Part shown: piece after piece, positions 54,740 through 64,000 of the stretch
Position numbering within the stretch: the first letter of the stretch is position 1
Layout of the letters: each line of letters opens with the position of its first letter
From: Dimorphilus gyrociliatus
Taxonomy: Eukaryota > Animalia > Annelida
Length of the DNA stretch: 64,000 nt
Direction of reading: 5' to 3'
Assembly (NCBI GenBank): GCA_904063045.1
Contig: CAJFCJ010000014.1
Location: 868,001-932,000, forward strand
Made by a program: the position numbers and the translations under genes
Notes under the pieces: model-generated
The model's database searches: none
What the model was told of the DNA's origin: nothing
What the model saw: only the letters and a program-made list of their open reading frames with translations

Positions 54740-55396
54740 ATGAAATTTCAACAACTATCAATCCTTTGTGTCTTACTTTTTACTTTTGGTACAACTTTTG
54801 GCGAGAAAATTTCAATTAATTTATTGAATCCTTGCCAAAGTTCAAATTCAGAAGTTTCAACCAGGATGGCTCTTCCAATAAACGTCTACTATAATATGTT
54901 TCGCAACGTTCTATCGACTCAAGATCAAATTGCTCAAAATGTATTAAAGGCAATTGACAAATCTATATTTTCTATCGGATCGGCAAAAAAAGCTCTTGGT
55001 TCAGTTCAAGGCAATAAACTATCAAAGGACGAAACGAACATCAACCAAGGGCTTTCTAATTTAAGGAAATCATATGTATTGAATATCTACTATTTTGAGC
55101 AAACTCATCTTGGATTGAAAACTTTAAAAGATGATGAAATTGCTGGTCTTAGTAAATCATTTTCTGGTGTTGAATTGAAAACATGGGAATTTGGACTATG
55201 CATTCTTGATCAAATTACTCTGGCTAAAAACGCTCCAATTGATTATAACTTTGCAAGAGATATTCAAAATTCTGAGATACATAAGAGGACTCACTGGAAT
55301 GAAGTTCTAATTGACGGTTATATTGCTGGTTTCCTTTTTAGAGATTTGTCTTCCGCTGCTTTTAACTTCTTGGAGTACATGAAAAATCAAGGCTAA
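54740..55396 (+). CDS. Secreted orphan protein B (218 aa), putative long-chain four-helix cytokine; paralogue of 44298-45110
   Basis: Single-exon ORF with signal peptide MKFQQLSILCVLLFTFGTTFG, 2 Cys (NLLNPC, GLCILD) and four predicted amphipathic helices; AATAAA downstream near 55490. Confidence 0.88.
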   Translation: MKFQQLSILCVLLFTFGTTFGEKISINLLNPCQSSNSEVSTRMALPINVYYNMFRNVLSTQDQIAQNVLKAIDKSIFSIGSAKKALGSVQGNKLSKDETNINQGLSNLRKSYVLNIYYFEQTHLGLKTLKDDEIAGLSKSFSGVELKTWEFGLCILDQITLAKNAPIDYNFARDIQNSEIHKRTHWNEVLIDGYIAGFLFRDLSSAAFNFLEYMKNQG

Positions 55397-55775
55397 AGAA
55401 TGAAAAAGATCAGCTCTATATCTTTCACTATCTTGCTTCTCTTTTAAACGAAATATTAATGAAAAATAACTTTTCTGCGTAGTTCAGAGAATAAAGTCTA
55501 CTATTTTTTATATTTTCTACTTTTTGATATTCAAACTTTTCAAAATACTAAATCCTTTTTATATTCAATACATTTTATATGAAAAAAATGAACAATCTTT
55601 TAGAAATAATTTACTAGTACTTTTAAACTTTTAATATTAGAGTGGTTGCAATTCCTTTCCGGATATAGATTCCAGTTTACCAATACGAAATAGATATAAT
55701 CTTTAACAGATAAAGGGGAAGAATTTTTTAACAATAAAAATACGTATCTAATCGAATTACTGTCAAAGATTGAAC

Positions 55776-56895
55776 ATGGGGTCTGGTAAGTTAATATTAA
55801 TTCGTCGGCGACTATGTAAAGTCAGTTATATTTGATTATTTCGGTTGAAATTATCAATTTAATGGAGTCGCCTAAATTTTTTAATATTGTCCATAAAAAT
55901 GTTGCAGCTGATGCACAAGCACAGAGTTGAAATATTCTCTATTCAATAGGTTTTCGTATTGCATTAATACAATTGGCAGTTGGTGCTAATAAAATCGAAA
56001 ATTTGACAAGAGCGGCTAAATTAGTTAAAGAAGCCGCATCTAAAGGAGCCAAATTAATATCGTTACCAGAATGTTGTAATTCACCCTACGGTAATGATTA
56101 TTTCCCTCAATATGCTGAACCTATTACTGGAGAATCAATTCAAGCATTCTCTAAGATGGCAGCTGACAATAAAATTTATTTAATTGCTGGATCTATTCCG
56201 GAAAAAGATGGTGAAAAGTTATTCAACACTTCAACAATCTTTAATCCAAAAGGTGAAATGATAAATAAATATCGTAAAATGCATCTTTTCGATATCGATA
56301 TACCTGGAAAGATAACATTTCAAGAATCTAAAACCCTCTCTCCTGGAAATGATATTACTGTTGTGGAAACGCCTTTTTGTAAGTTTGGCGTTGGGATATG
56401 CTATGATCTAAGATTTCCAGAAATAGCTCAAATTATGGCAAAGAAAAGTTGTCATTTACTCATTTATCCTGGAGCATTCAACATGACCACTGGACCTGCT
56501 CACTGGGAATTATTAGCCAGGATGAGAGCCCTGGATAACCAATTATACGTTGCTACAGTCTCTCCTGCAAGGGATAATGATGCATCATACATAGCTTGGG
56601 GTCATTCTACGTTATGCTCCCCATGGTATTATCGTTTTAGTTAATCTTTTAATTAATATATTCTATTTGCTGACAAGTTTAAAATTTTCATATTAAAATA
56701 GGGGAGAAGTAAAAGCTGTTGCTGGCGCTGACGAAACTATCATTTATGGCGACATAGGTAATCATCACATATGATAGTTTATATTAATTAAATTCTATTT
56801 TTCTTATAGATTTAGATTATATCAACCAGATACGAAATCAAATTCCCATATCGAAACAAAGACGTCACGATATTTACGAAGTTAAAGAAAAGTAA
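55776..56895 (+). CDS. NIT2: Omega-amidase NIT2 (nitrilase superfamily)
   Basis: MGSG|FRIALIQL...; catalytic triad in [31 protein letters not shown] and [10 protein letters not shown]; [17 protein letters not shown]. Confidence 0.97.
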
Positions 56896-57238
56896 CGAAA
56901 ATCTTGAATATGCATTTATTATAGAATTTTCAATGGCATAATCATAAATAAACTTGTAAATAATATATCAAAACTTTTTACGCATCAGTCTTATATCATA
57001 AAATAATCTTAACCGCTCTTCATGCCAGTTGTTGTACTTATTGTTTATATTTATGGACTTCGTAAGTGAATTAGGAATAATATTCGTTTATTTTTTGTTA
57101 CGATAATTTCAATATACGTTGTAACGGCGTTCTCTCTTTCTTACTCTGTCAAATTGGTCATGAAAGCCAATAAGAAAAACATAAATTGTTTATAGATAAT
57201 CTGCACATATCTGCTATAGCTAACCTCTAACACTTAAT

Positions 57239-58774
57239 ATGGAAGAAGCATCGGAATTTGTTTATGCTGCCGTTGTAAATATACCAAAGGACTCGTACCG
57301 TTCCGTTGATTTACGTGCTTTCTTTAATGAATTTGTCGAGAATGGACAATTAAGCTGCTTTCATTTTCTACATAGAAGTATACATGGTCACAAGGATCAT
57401 TGTGTAGCGTTTATTAAAATCTCCTCAAAGTTTTATAAAACATTTGAGAGAGCCTATCATAGTGTGCAGTATTACGATAAACACAATAAACTTAGGGATA
57501 GCTTTTGCGTAATTTTACCTTTAAACTACGGAAAAACTTGCCCTGAATTTTCAAGAATATACTCAGTCAACATATCATTAACCACTGGAACAAATTTACA
57601 AGATGTAGGTAAAGATGACTTTTTATCGTTTAGAGAATTTAATCCTCCACCTTTATATCCTAATGGAAACGTTGGAACTCCTTCGAAATACTTTAACGAC
57701 TTAATTGCGGCGTCAAAATTACCGACTAACATTATTAAACGTTTGGAATTAACTACACCTCGTTTAATTAAGAAGTACGCTCGTGTTAGATATGATTATC
57801 CGGCAAAGAGAACATCCCGACAGAAAGATGAAGATAACGATGAAACTAACGAGGTAAATAGTCAAGGCGAAAGTACAGACAGCGCTTCTTCGTTTCTCAA
57901 CATGGAAACTCCTAAAGGATGTCTTCCTGGTGAAAGATTAAGTGAAAGTAAACATATCCGACTCTTACCTGTCTCGTTTAAACTAATTTCCCGTGCCAAG
58001 AGCACAAACACGAGAGAAAAACTTTCCGCCGCTCAAGCTTCAATTAGCAGCCATGAAGAAGAAGAAGAAGAAGAAAAACAGAAGATAAAAACCTCTCAAT
58101 CGGATAGTGAACCAGAAGAAGAATGGGATCGTCGTCTGGCAATATCTGATGATCCAATGAAATTGGAACACAACAAGGAGATAGTCTATGAAAGTCCAAT
58201 GGAAGTTGTTTGGGAAAAAGGTGGACCCGGTTTGGTATGGCAGACAGATGAAAGCGAACGTAGAAACTATGACTTTGATGAAATTACAACTGACGATTGG
58301 GATATGGATATGGCTATTTATAAAAAGGGAACGGAACTTTGTGCTTCAAAAGACGCAATAGATATGGCAGAAATGCGAAAAGAGGCTAAAAATCGTTCAG
58401 ATGGACCGGAATCAGCTTTTGCAAAACACCGACAAACTTTTCCAAAAAGAATGCTCTCGAAACAAGGTTGGTCTGAAGGCCAGGGTTTAGGTAAAAATAA
58501 CCAGGGCATTAGCGAAGCACTTTCAGCCGATGGGCAAAGGAATCGGAGAGGACTTGGATATTATGGCGAAAAAGTTATATGGAAGGATAATATTACAAAA
58601 CCATCAGATAAACCAAAGAAACTTAAACGCAACCCAGAAACCATTCTGATCGCATCAGCTTACGACAATCTATCGGAATTGGATAAAAATCCTGAGGGTG
58701 ATGAAAGGGCTAGTCATTTGCAAATGAAATATCGTGATGGTGTTCGTTTTCCAAAAACTCCGAAACTTATCTAG
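57239..58774 (+). CDS. GPATCH3: G-patch domain-containing protein 3
   Basis: Intronless 511-aa ORF with SCFHFLHR, EFNPPPLYPNGNVGTP, EEWDR, WEKGGPGLVWQTD, DFDEITTDDWDMDM and a G-patch (MLSKQGWSEGQGLGK...RRGLGY). Confidence 0.95.
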   Translation: MEEASEFVYAAVVNIPKDSYRSVDLRAFFNEFVENGQLSCFHFLHRSIHGHKDHCVAFIKISSKFYKTFERAYHSVQYYDKHNKLRDSFCVILPLNYGKTCPEFSRIYSVNISLTTGTNLQDVGKDDFLSFREFNPPPLYPNGNVGTPSKYFNDLIAASKLPTNIIKRLELTTPRLIKKYARVRYDYPAKRTSRQKDEDNDETNEVNSQGESTDSASSFLNMETPKGCLPGERLSESKHIRLLPVSFKLISRAKSTNTREKLSAAQASISSHEEEEEEEKQKIKTSQSDSEPEEEWDRRLAISDDPMKLEHNKEIVYESPMEVVWEKGGPGLVWQTDESERRNYDFDEITTDDWDMDMAIYKKGTELCASKDAIDMAEMRKEAKNRSDGPESAFAKHRQTFPKRMLSKQGWSEGQGLGKNNQGISEALSADGQRNRRGLGYYGEKVIWKDNITKPSDKPKKLKRNPETILIASAYDNLSELDKNPEGDERASHLQMKYRDGVRFPKTPKLI

Positions 58775-58821
58775 GATACAACAAAAATTTAATGAGTAGA
58801 CAACAATATATAAGATATTTT

Positions 58822-59943
58822 TCAGAATCTACTGGTGTATGAAGCCATATTACTGTTGCTGGTCGAATTTGAGCTATCTTCAACTGAACATCTAAACAAC
58901 ATGAGTAAAACTTCTTTGTAACCTCTTCGAAAGTTTTTATTTGTTGCTCCGTATATTATACCATTGAGTGAACTGTTTAGGTGAGCCATTTGAACGGCTA
59001 TGACGTAAGCCGTTCTTGGATAATAATTATTGACATCAATCAGAGTTAGAGTAGCGTACGGACCCCAACAAATTAGAAATGCGGCAAATACTATGAATAA
59101 ACTGCGAGCAAGAAGAATTTCATTTGTTGATACGCTGGGCTTTTTTCTGCTTAATTCGCCTTCTTTGTTTTTGAATTTGTCAAGTTCTTTTCGAATTCTT
59201 ACAACATAAAGAAATATGCGAAGATAACAAAAGCAGACGGTCAATAGAGGAGGTAAAATTACAACGCAAACAAAGAAGAGAGTATAAGAATATGTTGTCC
59301 GACCATAAATGCACATCATAGCCTTAGGATCAAAACCATGACCTCCCCAACCTATATAATTGGGCATTTCCAATAACATACAAATAATCCATGGAATGAT
59401 GGCGTATATAATTGTTCGGCGTGTTGTATACCAAGTTAAATAAATCTTATTGTGGGTTATGCAAATGAAACGGTTTATGGCTATAGTCGCAATATTCCAC
59501 ATAGAGCAGGAACAGACAATTAAACAAGAAGAGGCTATCCATGTGCAAAGAATTGGTTTGGTAGCAAACCAATTATAACCAAGTATGAGACCTACCATTG
59601 CAAATGGTTGAGTAATTATACAAATGAATAAATCTGCCAAGGCTAAGTTAACAACGAAAATGTTGGCTTTTTTACGAAGATGACTGCAAAGAACAACAGA
59701 AAAAATAACCTGCAATTGGAAAAATTTATTTAAAACTGTTTAAACATCCAAAAATATTAACTATGTATTATGTTCCCTTACCAAACTGTTTCCAATAAAA
59801 CCAGAGCACATTGTTACCACCATAAAAGCCAAGTACAAAATATTTAATTGTAAATGCCTTTTGAAATAATTTTGTTCGTTTGACGAATCATTTTGGTTCG
59901 TAAAATTTTGAGAAGTTGATCTTAACGCTTCTAAAACATCCAT
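58822..59943 (-). CDS. Rhodopsin-class GPCR, melatonin-receptor-like
   Basis: Exons 59782-59943 and 58822-59709 (349 aa). TM1 GFIGNSL; TM2 NIFVVNLALADL; TM3 end IAINRF (NRY-type instead of DRY); TM6 FLICWGPY; TM7 AHLNSSLNGIIYG (NAxxY-type). These deviations characterise the MTNR1/GPR50 group. Confidence 0.85.
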
Positions 59944-61820
59944 TCCAGCAGAAAAGTTGAAATTGACAGAAGTTTGCTAATGACATGCATTATAAATATA
60001 TCCTAAAGCATATATTTACATAATGTTACCTTTTCTCCAACCAGAAACAGTTCTTAATGATGTTTTCATTTTCTTTTCTCTTTCAGAAATACCTGACTTA
60101 TCTAGAATTGTAATTATATTTGCAGAAGTTTGGGGATTATTCTCAATAAATTATGTTATTTAGTAAGCTTTTAAAGAAAAAACAAAAGGAAATAATCATT
60201 TTATAGTTAAAACAAACAAATACTGTTTCAAAGACTCAGGGAAAGACAGCTGAAAGGTTTCTAAGCCAGAAAAAATGTCCTGAATATAGACAGTCTTCCA
60301 CAAAACAGAATGAATTAAAAATGTTTGATTAGAGATAAAATACTAATATATAAATAAAAGGTTAATATCAGCTAATAAATAGATTCTATATACTGTACAT
60401 ACACAGATATATTGCAGGTGTATGTACGCACAAACAAACTCATATTGCAAGTTTCTTAGGATTTTAGCGCATTTCTTCTGTTTGTAGTCAACTTAAGAAC
60501 TATGCTTATTAGCTGAGAACAGAGGATTTTCATAAAAATTTTATAGTATCCCCAATATAATCTTCCTGTGTAGGTTTCTAATACTTAAGTTTGCGGGCTA
60601 TTTGATCTTACTAATAATTAGATTAATTATAAAACAGATAGAACTGCAGGGAAAGGAAATAGTCTCTCCTATCTTCAATTAAAAAATATAATGTTGATTG
60701 ATAGGACATCGTGTAAATATAAGTCATCCTTTGATAAGAACTAAAATATAATATGAATAAGATTTTGTTCGTATTCAAGAAATGTTTTATAGATTAAATA
60801 AATAGATAATTATGAAGCGTTCCAGTTGTTTTTCTTTTTAATACAACTTAAGGAATGTGTTAATATCATCAATTTCTTATCAAGTTTAATGTCGTATTGC
60901 CCCTCCCTCTTAACAGTTAGATGAACATCAAATATGTCAAGGGCCAATTTTTCTCAAGTACCTTAATAAACATTGTACACATACTATAAAAACAGCTCTA
61001 TGGAATTCATATCTTATCTTTATTTAGAAATATTTGAAATATACAGGCCTCATTCTACTGGTCATTTCCTACGTCAATCGATTGCAGGTGTCATTCGATT
61101 TTCTATAGATTTACAGGTTAGTTTCTTGTAACGGTATATATAAATTTATACACGTTAGTATTTTACTTGTATAGTTTAATATATATTAAGAGTATAGTAC
61201 TATATAATGGTATAAGTTGACTTTTTGTGCATTTTATATTAATAAAGGTCGAGAGTAACATTAACGGAAACTTTTTTAAGATATGTATATAAATATTCTA
61301 CTATGTAAAGAGAGTAAAGGTATTCTCTTTGTTTGTCCTTGATCATACTAATGTTATTATTATATTATTATAGTATTGTAGATTCCTTATTCATTTTGAC
61401 TCCCCCATACCCTTCAGCCCCCTCTTTTTATTCTGTTTACAATTTACCTTATATAAAGCCAATTCTCGTTTTTGTACCCGAAAATACAACTTCTTTTTGA
61501 AAGATTCAAGTAAAAATAGATATTTTTACCCTTTCTTATTCATCTACTATACAGTAATATAGGACAATTAGACACATGTATATATAATTTGAACTTGAAT
61601 CAATTTGTGGTTAACCAAGTAAGGATATTTATAATCGTTAATAATTACTTAATTCTGTACTGTGTTAACCTCTAGTTAAGGCGGATGTGTGTGCATTGGA
61701 AATGATTTGTTATGAAGAGAGAGAATAGATGGTTTCTGTATTTTATATTATATATTTTATATAAGCGTATGCCATGTATTTCATATGACTAGTTTAAGCT
61801 ATATAAATAAATACCTTATA

Positions 61821-61851
<31 letters not shown>

Positions 61852-62048
61852 TGATAACAGTACGAAAGTACGATATTTTAACTGCTATTTAGGCGAGTTT
61901 ATGCTTTAACGGCTACTATTTAATGATTTTTTTATAGGATATTTAAATGAACAGATTTTGCAACCATCCAGTTCGTAATCCATATGTTAAACATATGTCC
62001 AACCTATATATAATTAATTATAAACCTTTTTTTCCTCCAGTATAGAAC

Positions 62049-62621
62049 ATGGCTGATAAAGAGTTTATTGATAGCGCCTTAAAGGCTCATAACGACTACA
62101 GGAAGAAGCACTCTGCACCTCCTCTTAAACACAACAAAGAAATCTCGGCAATCGCTCAGAAATGGGCAAACGAATTGGCTAAAAAGGATGCTTTTCAACA
62201 CAGTCAAGATAGGGAGTACAAGGGTTAGTTAAAATATATCTTGGGTATGTAGTTCACAAGTTTATAATTGTAATTTTTAGGTGGCAAGATGGGAGAGAAT
62301 ATTGCCATGAAGTGGACATCATCTGGCGATGATTATACAGGACCCGAGCCAGTTAGTCAATGGTACGATGAGGTTGAACGCTATAATTATAGTACAGGCT
62401 CCGGACCAAGTACTGGCCACTTTACACAAGTTGTATGGGTAGGTAGTAAAGAAGTTGGTTTTGGAAAGGCAAAGAGTTCGAGCGGAAAATGGTTGGTTGT
62501 AGCCAATTATTATCCAGCTGGAAATTTTATTGGACAATATAAGGAGAACGTTCTGAAACCAGGTACAAGATCATCTAGTAAAAAAGCTGGTAAATCGAAA
62601 AAAGACTGCACAATTATTTAA
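62049..62621 (+). CDS. GLIPR2: GAPR-1/GLIPR2-like cytoplasmic CAP (SCP/PR-1) protein ending in a CaaX box
   Basis: Two exons: ALKAHNDYRKKH...AQKWANEL...GENIAM...WYDEVERYNY...TGHFTQVVWVGSKEVGFGKA...VVANYYPAGNFIGQYKENVLKP; no signal peptide; C-terminus KKAGKSKKDCTII*. Confidence 0.9.
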
Positions 62622-62676
62622 ATACTTTGCATTTTTTATGATCTGAATGATTTGCTATCAATTGTTTATAATTTGA

Positions 62677-62714
<38 letters not shown>

Positions 62715-63482
62715 CTCTCTATATCTATAACTATAAAATCATATATAATTTGCATAATTGATTGATAATTAAATCAGCTTTTGGAAGAGATATAAAGGCA
62801 AAAAAAGACACAGCTTGATCATTCACTGCTTACTTGCACACGAATCTATATATCCTATCTTCATTGTCTGTAATGGCGTAGGTTAATGTCTTCTATAGTA
62901 TCTATATACATGTAGATATATTTCTCCAATGTACTTTGTTTGTTTATATCAATTACCGCTCTAAACTAGTCATTTTGCGAATAGCAAAGAGGTATTACAG
63001 TTTATTATTACCGTTATTTATTGTTATTAATATCATTGCTTGAAACTCGTGCCGAATAGGCCTTTTGTTGACACAACTCAAATGTGGGTTATGATTAACC
63101 TTATATAATAAGCAGAAAAATTGATGTATTATCGCCATTTTTTTCGACAAAAGAAATAACAAAAGAAAGTCATAAAATTTGGAAATTTAAAAAGTTTGTT
63201 AAAGAATTAAGAGGAAAGGAGAAAGGGAGATAGCAGGGAGAGAGTTGAAAGAGCAACAAAGTAAGGGAGAGAGCCGAGGGAAGGGAGAAAGAGAGAAAGA
63301 GAAAAAAAAAGATATTAACAATTAAATTATTAAAAGATAGTTAAGCTTCTATTTTCTGGATAACAAACAAGTACAGAAAAGTATAAATAATAATTATATA
63401 TATATACATATGTATATATATATATGTAACATATATATATATATATACAGTATATATATATGTATATATATGTTAGAACATT

Positions 63483-64000
63483 ATGGCTAAAGTCTACGAG
63501 TCGTCTGCACTAGGTATGTAAATTTTTGTTTGTTTGATGAACAGCTTGCTATGGCATTTTTATTGCTTTTTACTTGAAGTATATTCTATTATTTCGTATA
63601 TTTTTTCATATTACATTAATATTAGAACTTCTCTTTATACATATATATATATATATATATATATGTTCTTTTTCGAATTTCTTCTACTAACACCGATAAA
63701 GGATCGTTACCACCTTCGAAATCGAATGATTCTAGTTCGAAAGAAGATGATCTTGATAATATGCGTAAAGAAGCGGAAAAGGTTATGGCTTATAAAACCG
63801 ATTCGCAAGCGCAACCAGTCGTGAGTATTATAAATAAATCACCTTTCTTACCCTATTCATTGTCAAATATTTTCACATAAAGTCGTAACCCTCTGAATAA
63901 TGAACTTGCAGAATTCTAAATCTAAGAAAACAACAACGGAAACGACTATCAAAGACGGTAAGAAAATTACTAAACAAATCATCGAAGAAACTATTGTTGG
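63483..64000 (+). CDS. 5' part of an unidentified spliced gene, possibly a second CAP/GAPR-like protein
   Basis: Three phase-compatible exons: MAKVYESSAL|GSLPPSKSNDSSSKEDDLDNMRKEAEKVMAYKTDSQAQPV|NSKSKKTTTETTIKDGKKITKQIIEETIVG, running off the window. Identity is not established. Confidence 0.6.

Overview
This is AT-rich, gene-dense animal (metazoan) genomic DNA, not prokaryotic. Most introns are about 45-70 nt and spacers between housekeeping genes are about 50-450 bp. The architecture suggests a miniaturised invertebrate (probably spiralian) genome, such as the annelid Dimorphilus, but that assignment is inference only. I reconstructed 22 protein-coding genes by hand from GT-AG splice signals and remembered homology: a PDZ-RhoGEF (partial), Six4/5, RPS6KC1, RALGAPB, WDR5, NBN, TAF8, TTC4, ALG13, POLG, a CIROP/leishmanolysin-type metalloprotease, a C2H2 zinc-finger gene, an InaF-motif gene, CCDC9, DPY30, NIT2, GPATCH3, a melatonin-receptor-like GPCR, a GAPR-1/GLIPR2-like CAP gene, a partial gene at the right edge, and two secreted orphans. 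The most interesting result is that the two orphans (44298-45110 minus, 3 exons, not assembled in the ORF track; 54740-55396 plus, one exon) are paralogues. They share a signal peptide, a two-cysteine pattern and a long-chain four-helix (IL-6/Unpaired-like) layout, which makes them candidate JAK/STAT-type cytokines. Other notable points: a CIROP-like protease, a GAPR-1 with a C-terminal CaaX box in place of N-myristoylation, a cluster of frame-preserving cassette exons and microexons in the long RALGAPB introns, Tc1/mariner-like TA-C(A/T)G-TA footprints in TA microsatellites, the CCDC9-InaF gene pair, and an eroded MRE11-binding motif in NBN. I saw no tRNA, rRNA, CRISPR array or intact transposon. 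All gene models and homology calls were made by eye, without database searches.
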